A stretch of 64,000 nt of DNA from an uncultured Candidatus Rokubacteria bacterium (GCA_963789955.1 CAWBMV010000022.1:256001-320000), one strand, 5' to 3'. Shown: positions 40,468 through 50,833, counted from the stretch's first letter. Translations and numbers: made by a program. The notes: generated by a model from the sequence alone, not told the origin.

Positions 40468-42015
40468 ATGAAAGAGGAGGCCGTGATGATCAGAGGCGTC
40501 TTGGCGGCGGCCCTCGTTGTGCTGAGCCTGGCCGCGGGTGTCGGCCGGGTCGATGCGGCCCCGGAAGGTCAGGTGACCTGGGGGATTCACGTCTCGCTCG
40601 TCCCGACGTGGTTCGATCCCGCCGAAACGACCGGCATCGTGACGCCGTTCATGGTGATGTACGCGCTGCACGATGCGCTGGTGAAGCCCTTACCGGGCAA
40701 CCCGCTGACGCCCAGTCTGGCCGAATCGTGGACGCTCTCGGCCGATGGGCTCGTCTACGAGTTCGTCCTGCGCAACGGCGTGCGGTTTCACAACGGGGAT
40801 CCGGTGACCGCCGAGGACGTGAAGTTCTCCTTCGAGCGCTACCGGGGCGCTGCGAGCAAGACGTTCAAGGAGCGAGTGACGGCGGTCGAGACTCCGAGTC
40901 CCACACGCGTTCGTTTCCGCCTGAAAGAGCCGTGGCCCGACTTCCTCACCTTCTACTCGAGCGCGACCGGCGCGGGGTGGATCGTGCCCAAGAAGTACAT
41001 CGAGAAGGTCGGCGACGACGGCTTCAAGAAGGCTCCCATCGGCGCCGGCCCCTACCGCTTCGTGTCGTTCACCCCCGGTGTCGAGCTCGTGTTCGAGGCG
41101 GTCGACAAGTACTGGCGCAAGCCGCCGCACGTGAAGCGGCTGATCTTCAAGACGATCCCCGATCCGTCCACACGATTCGCGGCGCTCCGGCGCGGCGAGA
41201 TCGACATCAGCTACTGGATGACGGCCTCGCTCGGCGACGAGCTCCGGCGCACGCCGGGGCTCACGCTCAAGCCCTCGCTCGCGAACAACACCTACTGGGT
41301 CTACTTCGTCGAACAGTGGGATCCGAAGTCGCCGTGGCACGATCGCCGGGTGCGGCTCGCGGCGAACTACGCGATCGATCGGCAGGCGATCAACCAGGCG
41401 GAGACGCTCGGGTTCTCACGCATGAACTACAGCCTCATCCCGTCGCACTTCGAGTTCTTCTGGCAGCCGCCGGCCATTCCGTACGATCGGGCCCGCGCCA
41501 AGCAGCTGCTCGCGGAGGCCGGGTACCCCAACGGATTCGATGCGGGCGACTTCACGTGCGACGCCGTACACGCGGGTATCGCCGAGCCCGTGGCCAACGA
41601 CCTGCAGGCCGCCGGCTTTCGCCTGAAGCTCCGGCCGCTCGAGCGCGCGTCGTACAACAAGGGACAGGTCGAGAAGACGTTTCGAAACCTCGTGCTGAGT
41701 GCCAGCGCCGCGTTCGGCAACGCGCCGACCCGGCTCGAGGCGTTCGTGGTGGCCGGCGGCGCCTACGTATACGGGAGCTATCCGGACATCGACGGGCTCT
41801 TCAGGGAGCAGGCGACGGAGCTCGACCGCAAGCGCCGCGAGGCGACGCTGAATCGCATCCAGCAGCTCGTGCACGAGAAGGCCATGTTCGCGCCGATCTG
41901 GCAGTTCGCCGCGATGGGCGGCTTCGGCCCGCGCGTCGAGGAGTCGGGGCTCGGGTTGATCACCGGGTTTCCGTTCTCAGGTCCGTACGAGGACGTGAAG
42001 CTCAAGGCGAAGTGA
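40468..42015 (+). CDS. Family-5 (peptide/nickel) ABC substrate-binding protein
   Basis: PSLAESW, FHNGDPVTAEDVKFS, GAGPY, RVRLA.N.AIDR. Confidence 0.92.
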   Translation: MKEEAVMIRGVLAAALVVLSLAAGVGRVDAAPEGQVTWGIHVSLVPTWFDPAETTGIVTPFMVMYALHDALVKPLPGNPLTPSLAESWTLSADGLVYEFVLRNGVRFHNGDPVTAEDVKFSFERYRGAASKTFKERVTAVETPSPTRVRFRLKEPWPDFLTFYSSATGAGWIVPKKYIEKVGDDGFKKAPIGAGPYRFVSFTPGVELVFEAVDKYWRKPPHVKRLIFKTIPDPSTRFAALRRGEIDISYWMTASLGDELRRTPGLTLKPSLANNTYWVYFVEQWDPKSPWHDRRVRLAANYAIDRQAINQAETLGFSRMNYSLIPSHFEFFWQPPAIPYDRARAKQLLAEAGYPNGFDAGDFTCDAVHAGIAEPVANDLQAAGFRLKLRPLERASYNKGQVEKTFRNLVLSASAAFGNAPTRLEAFVVAGGAYVYGSYPDIDGLFREQATELDRKRREATLNRIQQLVHEKAMFAPIWQFAAMGGFGPRVEESGLGLITGFPFSGPYEDVKLKAK

Positions 42016-42027
42016 CAGAGGTTATCC

Positions 42028-42828
42028 ATGATCATCGGCCTGGCGTCACCCGGCGTCGCCACGACCATCGACGACGGTCTAGACCGGATCAAGCGCCTCC
42101 TGTCCCAAGCATCCGCACAAGGCGCCGAGGTCGTGTGCTTCCCCGAGGCATATCTCCCGGGCTTGCGAGGCCAGGACTTCGAAGTTCCGCCCTTCGATCG
42201 GGCGCAGCAGGAGCGGGCGCTCGAAGCCGTGGCGCAGATGGCGCGAACGTACGCGGTGACCACGATCCTCGGAATGGAGAACGTCACCGAGGCGGGCCGC
42301 CAGATCGCCGCCTTCGTCATCGACGCCCACGGCCGGCTTCAGGGATGTCAGACCAAGAATCAGCTCGACCCGAGCGAGGATCGCTTCTACGTGCCGGGCG
42401 ACACACGGCAGATCTTCGAGGTCAACGGGACCAGGTTCGGTGTCGCGATCTGCCACGAGGGTTGGCGCTATCCCGAGACCGTGCGCTGGGCAGCGGTGCG
42501 CGGCGCCAAGATCGTCTTTCATCCCCACCAGACGGGGAGTGACAAGCAGGGTGTTCGGTTGACCGAGTGGGGCTCCGCGAGTGCGCCGTATTACGAGGGG
42601 GCCATGATGATGCGCAGCGTGGAGAACACGATCTATTTCGCCAGCGTCAACTACGCGATGCGCTTTCAAGAGTCGGCGACCGCGCTCATCGCTCCGTCCG
42701 GGCGGTGCCAGGCGTTCTTGCCCTACGGGCAGGAGGGCGTGCTGGTGCAGTCGATCAAGATCGAAGAGGCGACGGGCTTGCTCGCCAACCGCTATGCGCC
42801 CGAGCGGTATCGAGAATCCAGAACGTAG
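42028..42828 (+). CDS. Carbon-nitrogen hydrolase (nitrilase superfamily)
   Basis: FPE, K, ICHE catalytic triad. Confidence 0.9.
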   Translation: MIIGLASPGVATTIDDGLDRIKRLLSQASAQGAEVVCFPEAYLPGLRGQDFEVPPFDRAQQERALEAVAQMARTYAVTTILGMENVTEAGRQIAAFVIDAHGRLQGCQTKNQLDPSEDRFYVPGDTRQIFEVNGTRFGVAICHEGWRYPETVRWAAVRGAKIVFHPHQTGSDKQGVRLTEWGSASAPYYEGAMMMRSVENTIYFASVNYAMRFQESATALIAPSGRCQAFLPYGQEGVLVQSIKIEEATGLLANRYAPERYRESRT

Positions 42829-42830
42829 TG

Positions 42831-43127
42831 ATGCCGACGTTCGCGGTGCGACGGGTTCGCGGGCCGGCCTGGAATACCGCAGTGCCGATGCGCGAGCAAG
42901 CTGGGTGGGCAGAGCATGCCGTCTTCATGAACGCGCTCGCCGCCGAGAGGTTCGTCGTTCTGGGGGGCCCGTTGGGTTCCGGCGAAGAGGTCCTGCTCGT
43001 GGTCGATTCGGCCAGCGAGCAGGTTGTCCGAACGCGTCTGGCCACCGATCCATGGAGCGGATCGGGTTTGCTAGACATCAAGAGCGTCGAGCCGTGGACC
43101 ATCCTGCTCGATAGCCGATCGCGGTGA
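42831..43127 (+). CDS. YciI-like protein
   Basis: EHA.FM, GGPL, DPW. Confidence 0.75.
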   Translation: MPTFAVRRVRGPAWNTAVPMREQAGWAEHAVFMNALAAERFVVLGGPLGSGEEVLLVVDSASEQVVRTRLATDPWSGSGLLDIKSVEPWTILLDSRSR

Positions 43128-43148
43128 TCCCGCTGATCGAGTGACCCG

Positions 43149-43562
43149 ATGACCGACCGCCGTGTCGACGGCTTCTTCTACGGTCTCTACATGGACCTCG
43201 AGACTCTTCGCGCGGCCGGCGTGGCGCCGGCCAGCCCGCGGCGCGCGTACGTCGACGGTTTTGCGCTACGCATCGGCCAGCGCGCCACCTTGCTGCCGTC
43301 AGCGGGCGTTCGCGCCTACGGCATGCTCTACGCGGTCACCCATGCCGAGCTCGACCGGCTCTATACCGCGCCAGGTCTCGAGCACTATCGGCCGGAGGCG
43401 GTGATCGCGCATCCGCTGGGCGGCACGCCGACGCCGGCCCTCTGCTACAACCTGCGCGACGCGCCGCGGCCCCAGGAGCGAAATCCGGACTACGCGGAGC
43501 GTCTGCGGCGCGCGCTCACCAAGCTCGAGTTTCCGCCGGACTACATCGCGTCCGTGGAGTGA
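43149..43562 (+). CDS. Gamma-glutamylcyclotransferase-like protein
   Basis: FFYGLYMD, G.LY....EL..L. Confidence 0.75.
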   Translation: MTDRRVDGFFYGLYMDLETLRAAGVAPASPRRAYVDGFALRIGQRATLLPSAGVRAYGMLYAVTHAELDRLYTAPGLEHYRPEAVIAHPLGGTPTPALCYNLRDAPRPQERNPDYAERLRRALTKLEFPPDYIASVE

Positions 43563-43579
43563 GCGTGCGTGGGCGGCCG

Positions 43580-44441
43580 CTAGCGGAGATGCGCGGCCTG
43601 CCGGCGCTTGTACTCTTCCTGCTTCAGCGCGACGTTCAGTAGCTCCTCCGAGGCGACGCGATCCTTGAGACCCGCGGGCGCGCCGCCCTCGCGCAGGTAC
43701 TTGAGGGTGTCGTACACCGCCTTGGCCGCGGCGTAGAAGGGATGATGCCCCTGCAGCGCGATGCGCACGCCCTGGCTCGCGAGATACGCGCGGTCGGAGA
43801 GTGCCGGCGTCGCCCCGCCCAGCATCAGCGGCAGCCGCGTGGCGCGACGGATCGCTTCGACCTCTTCGCGCTTGGCTGGCGCCCACGAGGAAGATCGCGT
43901 CGACCCCGGTGTCCTGGTACGCCCGGACGCGCTTTTCCGCTTCGGCGATGCCGCCGGCGCGCAGGGCGCTGGTGCGCCCGATGATGACGAGCGAGGGATC
44001 CTGGCGCGCCGCGACGGCGCCGCGGAGCTTGCCGAGCATTTCCTCGAGCGAGACCAGGCCCTCGGACTGCCCGCCGAACGGCGTGGGCAGCACCGTGTCC
44101 TCGATGGTCAGCGCGGCGACGCCGGCCGTCTCCAGCTCCTCGACCGTGCGCATGACGTTGAGCGCGTTGCCGTAGCCGTGATCGGCGTCGACCATCAGCG
44201 GCAGATCGCTACCGCGCGCGATGCGGCGGATCTGCTCGGCGAACTCGGTCAAGGTCAGGACGACGAGATCGGGCGCCCCGAGGACCGTCGCCGAGGCGAT
44301 CGAGCCCGCGAACATGCCCACCTCGAACCCGAGTGACTCGGCCATTCGCGCGGACATCGCATCGAACACCGACGCGGGATGCACGCAGGCCTGGCCTTCG
44401 AGGACTCGACGATACTGTTTGCGACGGTCGGTGAGCAGCAT
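43580..44441 (-). CDS. Isocitrate lyase/PEP mutase family (oxaloacetate decarboxylase-like; frameshift near 43880)
   Basis: VFDAMSAR, VDADHGYGNALNV, TIED, GRT. Confidence 0.85.
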
Positions 44442-45604
44442 CACGTTCCTTTCCTGGTCGTACCCAGAGGCAGCGGTTCGGCGTCGGGCGCCGGCGCCAC
44501 CTCGAACGCGTTGAGGATCGAGGCGACGATGCCGTAGTGGCCGATGAGACAGGTGAGCTCGACCAGCCACGGCACCCCGTGTCGGCCCTGAAGCCGATCG
44601 AACAGCGCGGCGCCGACGGCGTTGTCCTGGGCGAGCTGCCGCGTGTAGTCGACGATGTCGCGCTCGACGGACGGCAAGCCCGCGAGATCGCCACGGTCAC
44701 GCACCGCCGAGACGATCGCGGCGCTGAGGCCGGCCTGCCGCGCCGCCGGAGCGTGCGCGGCCCAGATGTAGGGGCAATCCTTCTCGCGCGCGGTGGCGAT
44801 GATGGCCAGCTCCCGCGAATCGGCCTCGAGCCCGGAGTTGAACCTGAGAAACGTCCCGACGTCGAGATGGCGCCGGCAAAGCAGGGGGCTGTGCATCAGG
44901 ATGCCGAAGGGGCCGCGCACGCTGCCGCGGCCTTCTGCGACGGTGTCGAAGATCGCGCGATGCCGCTCTTGCACCTGGTCGCGTCGAGTGAGGGGCGTGA
45001 CGCGCGGAGCGGCCAGCGGGGCGCGGACGGCCGCCGCGGTCGTGGCGGCGCGCGGCACGACCGGCAATTCTTCGGCGAGCATGGTCGGCGTGACCTCGAA
45101 CGCGTTCAAGATCCCGGCGAGCGCCTGATAGCGGCCGATCCACACCGTGAGCTCGACCAGCCACTGCGGCGTGTGGGCCTGGAGGAGCTGGGTGAACACG
45201 TCGGACTCGACGCGATTGTTCTGGATCAGCTGCCGGACGTAGGTGATGACGCTCGTCTCGGAGGCCGACAGCCCGGCGGTGGGCCGCCGATCGCGTACCG
45301 CGTCGATCGTGGCCACGGACACGCCCGCCTTCCGGGCGAGCGGCACGTGCGCGTTCCAGATGTAGCCGCAGTCGCGCTCGCGAGCCGTCGCGCAGACGGC
45401 GAGCTCGGCGTGCTCCGGCTCGACGATGCTGTGGCGGTGGAGGAACTCGCTGATCTCGTTCCAGGGCCTGGCGAGTCCGGGGCTGTGCAGCACGATGGTG
45501 GACGGGCCGCTGATGCGACCGCGGAGCGCGGCGAGCTCGTCGAAGAGCGCGTGGTCCTTGGCGGCCACGTCGTCCCGATTGACGATGAGCTTCACGCGCG
45601 CCAT
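44441..45604 (-). CDS. Tandem carboxymuconolactone decarboxylase/AhpD-like protein
   Basis: Two homologous halves RG..SGP....HSP, EL....TARE.DC.YIW.AH, VELT..IG.Y. Confidence 0.85.
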   Translation of the reverse strand: MARVKLIVNRDDVAAKDHALFDELAALRGRISGPSTIVLHSPGLARPWNEISEFLHRHSIVEPEHAELAVCATARERDCGYIWNAHVPLARKAGVSVATIDAVRDRRPTAGLSASETSVITYVRQLIQNNRVESDVFTQLLQAHTPQWLVELTVWIGRYQALAGILNAFEVTPTMLAEELPVVPRAATTAAAVRAPLAAPRVTPLTRRDQVQERHRAIFDTVAEGRGSVRGPFGILMHSPLLCRRHLDVGTFLRFNSGLEADSRELAIIATAREKDCPYIWAAHAPAARQAGLSAAIVSAVRDRGDLAGLPSVERDIVDYTRQLAQDNAVGAALFDRLQGRHGVPWLVELTCLIGHYGIVASILNAFEVAPAPDAEPLPLGTTRKGT

Positions 45605-45656
45605 GTGCCCTCCCTCTCGCCGGTCCCGCCGAGTGGCGGGCTGATCGTCCAGCAGC

Positions 45657-47201
45657 CTAGCGAGGCTTCAGCCGGACTTCTTCCAGCGGTGCCGACCACG
45701 GATACGGATCGATCAGCATCAACGCCGGCTCGGCGACCCGCGGCCCGATGCCGCTCGGCCAGATGAACTCCCAGAGCGGCCCGAAGCGCACGCGCTCGTA
45801 GAGCAGCTGCTGGATCTGATGGAGCGCCGCCTCGCGCTTGCGCCGGTCCGGCTCGCGCGATTGTTGGCGGTAGAGCGCCTCCACGTCGGGATCGGCGCCG
45901 CGCGCGTAGGCGCCCTCGCTCGGCACCGTGTCGGCCAGGCGCGTGGCGGCGTTGCCGTAGCTCGCCACCGTGCACATGCAGAGGCCGTGGAGCTTCTTGG
46001 TGGACCACGCGGTCTGCAGCGCCGCGCGCTCCATCGTGCGTACCTTGATCTTGATCCCGACCGCGCCGAGGTAGCCGGCGATCGTCTCGCCCGTCGAGAA
46101 GTAGGGCGGGTAGGGGTAGAGGTCGCCGGCGTCGAAGCCGTTGGGATACCCCGCCTCGGCGAGAAGCTGCCGCGACTTCGCCGGGTCGTAGGGGTACGGC
46201 TCGAGCGCCAGCGCGAACTCGAACTTGCGAGGCACCATGGCGCCCGTCAGGCGCGAGGCGCCGAGCGTCTCGGCCTCGTTGAGCGCGCGGCGATCGATCG
46301 CGGTGATCGCGGCCAGCCGGACGCGCCGGTCGTACCAGGGCGATTTCGGATCCCACTGGTCGAAGAAATCGATGTAGTGAATGCCGATCGCGCCCGAGAA
46401 GGCGAGCCGGATCGACGGGTCACGCTTGAGCTCGAGCGCCGTCGGCGCGTCGAGCATGTACGCCACGTCCACCTCGCCGTTCTTGAGCATGGCCGCGCGC
46501 GTGGTGGCGTCGGGCACCGTCTTGAACACCAGGCGCTTCACCGCGGGCATCTTGCGCCAGTAGCCTTCGTACGCTTCCATGACCAGCTCGATGCCCGGCG
46601 TGTGGCTCACGAACTTGTAGGGCCCGAGCCCGACCGGCCGTTTCTTGAAGCCCTCGTCCCCGACGCTCTCGACGTATTTCTTCGGCACGATCCAGCCGGC
46701 GCCGGTCGCCAGGGTGCCGTAGAACGCCATGAAGTCGGGGAACGGTTCGGTGAGGTGGAAGCGCACCCGCGAGGGGCTGACGACCTCGACGTCGCGCACC
46801 TTGTCCTTCAGAACCTTGCCGACCTTCGAGCGCTGGAAGGTGAACTTCACGTCCTCGGCGGTGAACGGGTCGCCGTTGTGAAATTTCACGCCCTCGCGCA
46901 GCTTGAACTCGTACACGCGCTGATCGGCGCTCACCGTCCACGACTCGGCCAGGCTCGGCGCCATGAGATTGCCGGGCATCGGCTTCACGAGCGCATCGTG
47001 CAGCGCGTAGAGGATCCAGAACGGGGTCAGGAAGCCGGCCGTCGTCTCGCCCGGGTCGAACCAGGCCGGCGCCAGGGTCACGTAGAGCGCCCAGCGCATC
47101 TCGCCCTCGGGCTTGGCCTGGGGCGCCACCGGTTTCGGCTGAGCGCCGACATCGGTGACGAGCCCGACGACGAGCACGGCGGCGAGCAGAAGTCGGATCA
47201 T
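45657..47201 (-). CDS. Family-5 ABC substrate-binding protein
   Basis: Paralogue of 40468..42015 (PSLAESW, FHNGDP.TAEDVKF). Confidence 0.92.
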   Translation of the reverse strand: MIRLLLAAVLVVGLVTDVGAQPKPVAPQAKPEGEMRWALYVTLAPAWFDPGETTAGFLTPFWILYALHDALVKPMPGNLMAPSLAESWTVSADQRVYEFKLREGVKFHNGDPFTAEDVKFTFQRSKVGKVLKDKVRDVEVVSPSRVRFHLTEPFPDFMAFYGTLATGAGWIVPKKYVESVGDEGFKKRPVGLGPYKFVSHTPGIELVMEAYEGYWRKMPAVKRLVFKTVPDATTRAAMLKNGEVDVAYMLDAPTALELKRDPSIRLAFSGAIGIHYIDFFDQWDPKSPWYDRRVRLAAITAIDRRALNEAETLGASRLTGAMVPRKFEFALALEPYPYDPAKSRQLLAEAGYPNGFDAGDLYPYPPYFSTGETIAGYLGAVGIKIKVRTMERAALQTAWSTKKLHGLCMCTVASYGNAATRLADTVPSEGAYARGADPDVEALYRQQSREPDRRKREAALHQIQQLLYERVRFGPLWEFIWPSGIGPRVAEPALMLIDPYPWSAPLEEVRLKPR

Positions 47202-47935
47202 GGCCTATCGCCCCACACGACGTAGCGCCGATGCGTGCGTCGCTCCAGCCCTTCGTCGACCATTCGTTGCGCCTGCGCGGCGACCAGATCGTCGAGCGAG
47301 TCGCCGCGGACGTTCTTGACGCCGTGCGCGGTCAATAGACGCTCGATCTCCTCGCGCGAGCGGCCGCCCAGGAACGGCAGCCGATCGCCGATCGCCGCGT
47401 ACTCCTGGCTCGAGCGCGCGCTTCCCGCCGGCTGCTTCAGAGCGCCGGCGTCGAACTGGCCGTCCACGACGACCAGGCGCGCTCCCGGCCTCAGGACGCG
47501 GATCCATTCGTCGATCGCGGCCTCCGGGTGCGGGAGCGTCCACAGTAGATGGCGGCTGATGACGAGATCGAAGCTGCCGGCCGCGAACTGAAGCTGCTCG
47601 GCGTCGCCCTCTTCGAGGCGGACCGTGGCCCCGCGCTCGGCGGCCTTGCGCCGCGCCTCGGCGATCATCGCCGGCGCAAAGTCGATGCCGGTGACGCGGT
47701 GACCGCGCGCCGCGAGCTCGAAGGTGAGAAAGCCGGTGCCGCAGCCGACGTCGAGCGCGTCGAGCTGGCCGCGGGCGGGAACCACGAGGTCGAGGATGCG
47801 ATCCCACGCGGCGCGCTCGCCCGCCGTGCGGATGCTGTGACCGAAGTCCGTGTCGAAACCGGGCGCCCGCCGGTCCCAGTGCGCCGCGACCTGCTGCTTG
47901 ACGACGTCGGGCTCACCGGACGAGCGGGCGCCCAC
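47198..47935 (-). CDS. Class I SAM-dependent methyltransferase
   Basis: LDVGCGTG, GDAE, FDLVISR, RVLRPG. Confidence 0.9.
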   Translation of the reverse strand: MGARSSGEPDVVKQQVAAHWDRRAPGFDTDFGHSIRTAGERAAWDRILDLVVPARGQLDALDVGCGTGFLTFELAARGHRVTGIDFAPAMIAEARRKAAERGATVRLEEGDAEQLQFAAGSFDLVISRHLLWTLPHPEAAIDEWIRVLRPGARLVVVDGQFDAGALKQPAGSARSSQEYAAIGDRLPFLGGRSREEIERLLTAHGVKNVRGDSLDDLVAAQAQRMVDEGLERRTHRRYVVWGDRP

Positions 47936-47938
47936 GAC

Positions 47939-48295
47939 TTACACCTTCTCGATCACTTCGATTTGCACGCCATCAGGCGCTTCCAGGAAGCAGACGCGCC
48001 GCCCGTTGTTCGGCGGCAGCTCCTCGAGGATGCGGACACCCTTGGCCCGGAGCTGGGCGAGCGTGCCCGTATAGTCGTCGGTATCCACCGCGATGTGCTC
48101 GATGCCGTAGTGCTGCTCGCGGCGCTGCGAGTCGATCAGACCGGTGATGTTGAGCTGCAGCCCGTGAAGATTGACGCGGTAGCCGCGCGCGCCCATGTCG
48201 GCGAGCAACGTCGCGCCCAGGTGGTCGACATAGAACTGCATCGTCTGCTTGGGATCGCGCGTCTTCACGTGCACGTGATGGGTGCCGAACGCCAT
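47939..48295 (-). CDS. VOC/glyoxalase family protein
   Basis: HHVHV, FY...LG, EHIA, F..PDGV.IE. Confidence 0.88.
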   Translation of the reverse strand: MAFGTHHVHVKTRDPKQTMQFYVDHLGATLLADMGARGYRVNLHGLQLNITGLIDSQRREQHYGIEHIAVDTDDYTGTLAQLRAKGVRILEELPPNNGRRVCFLEAPDGVQIEVIEKV

Positions 48296-48597
48296 GACCG
48301 CTCTCCTAGTGGGCCGCCGGTGCCGGTTGCCACGCCGAAGATCTCCTTGATCGCATCGCGGATCTTGTGGATCTCCTTCAGCGCCGGCAGGAAATCGATG
48401 GCGCCCGGAGCCTTCCGGTCGTAGAGCTTCTTGCCATCGAGGTACACTTCGAACCTGCCGCTGTCGGACGGGGTGAGGGTGATCGCCGTTTCCCGGTAGT
48501 TGATCGAGGACAGCTCAGCCGCCACACTGACGGCTACGGGCAGGTACCCTCAGACGACGCAGTAGACGATCTCGACGTGACATTTGCCTTCGGCCAT
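48265..48597 (-). CDS. SelW/SelT/SelH (Rdx) family selenoprotein, Sec at TGA 48552..48550
   Basis: MAEGKCHVEIVYCVV(TGA)GYLPVAVSVAAEL...TLTPSDSGRFEVYLDG..LYDRK; RBS GGAGG; true stop may lie near 48306 if a 1-nt indel is present. Confidence 0.85.
48517..48535 (-). promoter_or_regulatory. Candidate bacterial SECIS hairpin
   Basis: AGCCGTCA-GTG-TGGCGGCT stem-loop starting 14 nt after the UGA, with a G-led apical loop. Confidence 0.7.
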
Positions 48598-48641
48598 TTT
48601 GGGCCCTCCTTGGAGATGATAGTTGGCATGTTAACCGGAGC

Positions 48642-49325
48642 ATGAGCGTCCAGCAACGGCGTTGCCGAGGCGAGGAAATCGGCGTGGTCGAGAACGGCCA
48701 CGGCCGCGCCTGGCCGGCGGGCGAGGTGGTGATCGCCGCCGTGACCCGACCGGCCGGGAAATACTACGTTCTGGCCATCCCGCAGGCCGCCCTGGGGGGC
48801 GAGGCGCTCACGGCTTTTCTGGCGCAGGTCGCGCCCTTTGGGTGCCCCGTGCCCGGATCGCTGATCCGGGCCTATAGCCTGCCGGACGCGCCATTCCCGT
48901 CGATTCTCCTGAAGGAGCACGAGGTGGCCCCCGACGGTATCGCGGATGCGTATCGCCGGTTCCTCGCCGTGGCCCGCCGGCCCTGGATAGCCGCCCTCGA
49001 CCAGACAGGTCCGGGCCTCTGTCCCGTGCTGGCCTGGGAAGCAGGGACCACACGGCGCCTCGTCGGTCCTGAGGAATTGGCCGGGGTGGCGGCCGAAGCG
49101 GGTCTCACGCAGACGGGCGTTGCCGATGGCTATCTCGGCCGCGGCTTGCTGCTGCTCGCCCATCCCGAGCTCGCGGAGGCCTGGCAGACACTGATGTCGC
49201 TCGGCGGCCCCACCAAGATCCGAAAGATCACCGGCCGCGAGTTCCCGGTCTGGGTCGACCTCCCGGCCCACCAGCCATCGCTTCTGAGCAGTCCGATCCT
49301 GACAAACGTCGAGAGTCTGCTCTAG
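48642..49325 (+). CDS. Hypothetical protein
   Basis: 227-aa ORF filling the intergenic gap, GGAG RBS, no recognised motif. Confidence 0.55.
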   Translation: MSVQQRRCRGEEIGVVENGHGRAWPAGEVVIAAVTRPAGKYYVLAIPQAALGGEALTAFLAQVAPFGCPVPGSLIRAYSLPDAPFPSILLKEHEVAPDGIADAYRRFLAVARRPWIAALDQTGPGLCPVLAWEAGTTRRLVGPEELAGVAAEAGLTQTGVADGYLGRGLLLLAHPELAEAWQTLMSLGGPTKIRKITGREFPVWVDLPAHQPSLLSSPILTNVESLL

Positions 49326-49351
49326 CCGCCGTCACAGCTAGCCCGGTCCCG

Positions 49352-50272
49352 TTAGCTCAGCCCCGTGATCGAAGCCAGTGCCTCGAGCTGCTCGACGTGG
49401 CGGGACACCGGGTTCAACAAGAGATGGTTCGCGCCATTGCTGACGAGCTCCTCGAGGCGCTCGCGGACCTGCTCGGGCGTGCCGTGGATACCGGAGGCGT
49501 CGGTCCCCGCGGGGTTGTGGTAGACGACGCTGTACCAGCGATGAAGCTCGTCCCGCGCGACGTCGGCCCGCTCGTCGACCGCGAGAAACACGCGCTTCGA
49601 GATCGGAAACGTCTTCGGATCGCGCCGTGCCTTCTCGAGGTGCTCGCGCAGCAAGGGGACCGATCGCTTGAAGTCGGCGTGGCTCGAGCCGCCCGCGCCC
49701 ATCCACCCGTCGGCCATCACGGCGGCGCGGCGGATCGCATCGGGGTGCCCGCCGCCGAACCAGATCGGTGGATGCGGCTTCTGCACGGGCTTGGGGGACA
49801 TGCCGCCGGCCTCGAGCTGATAGATGCTGCCGCGATAGTCGATCTTCGGCTCGGTCCACAGCGCCTTGATCAGCTCGACCTCCTCACGGAAGCGCCGGAT
49901 GCGATGCTCGCGCGGGACCTGGAACTGCGTGTAGTGCTGGTCACGCCCGAGCCCGACGCCGAGGATCGCGCGGCCGTTGCTCGCGTAGTCGAGCGTGGCC
50001 ACCTGGTGCGCGACGTGAATCGGGTTCTGGACCGGCAGAACGGCCACCGACACGCCGACGCGGATCGACCTCGTGACCGCGGCCGCGTACGTCAGGATGA
50101 CCATCGGGTCGAACGAGAAGACGTGATCCAGCGTGTTCTCGGTCACCCACAGGTCGCGGAAGCCGAGCGCGTCGGCGCGCTGCGCGACCCGGTGCACGAC
50201 GCTCATGTCGATCGGCTCGGGCGAGCGGTGGGGCAGCGACATCCCGAGCGTGATCGTGTCTTTCAGGGCCAT
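49352..50272 (-). CDS. LLM-class oxidoreductase
   Basis: NPIHVAHQVATLD..S.GR.ILGVG.G, PKPVQKPHPPIW.GG. Confidence 0.9.
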   Translation of the reverse strand: MALKDTITLGMSLPHRSPEPIDMSVVHRVAQRADALGFRDLWVTENTLDHVFSFDPMVILTYAAAVTRSIRVGVSVAVLPVQNPIHVAHQVATLDYASNGRAILGVGLGRDQHYTQFQVPREHRIRRFREEVELIKALWTEPKIDYRGSIYQLEAGGMSPKPVQKPHPPIWFGGGHPDAIRRAAVMADGWMGAGGSSHADFKRSVPLLREHLEKARRDPKTFPISKRVFLAVDERADVARDELHRWYSVVYHNPAGTDASGIHGTPEQVRERLEELVSNGANHLLLNPVSRHVEQLEALASITGLS

Positions 50273-50294
50273 GGTCTTCCTGCCTCCCGGCGGT

Positions 50295-50833
50295 CTAGTG
50301 GTTCTTCAGCGGTTCGGCGTCGATCAGGACGAACAGCATGCGGCAGGTCCGGTCGCTGCGATTCGACCAGGCATGATACGTCCCGCGCTGGATCAGCACG
50401 TCGCCCGGCCGCATGAGCGTCTCGCCTTCGTCCAGCACCGCCCACACCTCGCCCTCGAGGCAGATCGCGTAGTCGACGGTGTCCGGTCGCGTGAAAGCCC
50501 GGGTGCCGAGCCGAGCGATCGGGCGTGGTCTTGCAGTTCCGCCGCCGGAGCTCGTCGGGATCGTAGGCGTGGAGCTTGTCCGGCACGATGTCGGTGATGC
50601 GGACGACGGTACCGGCCGCCACGGTGATCGGGCGGGGTCCGCATGATCACACCGTCCGGCGCCGGATCGTTGGTTCCCTCGTTGGAGGCCGGCGCCGCGT
50701 TGGTGGTCCAGAGCCCGGTGCGTACGGCGGCACCCGGCGCGACCGGTGCCGTCGGAAGCATCGTGTCGGAGAGGATGAACGAGCGCCCGGCGGCGTTGAC
50801 CCCGGTCACGATCCTGCGCACTTTGCCCGGCAT
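50295..50833 (-). CDS. Cupin domain protein (frameshifted)
   Basis: VRRIVTG.N..GRS, H...TVDYAICLEGE, QRGT.H.WSN across frames. Confidence 0.75.
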
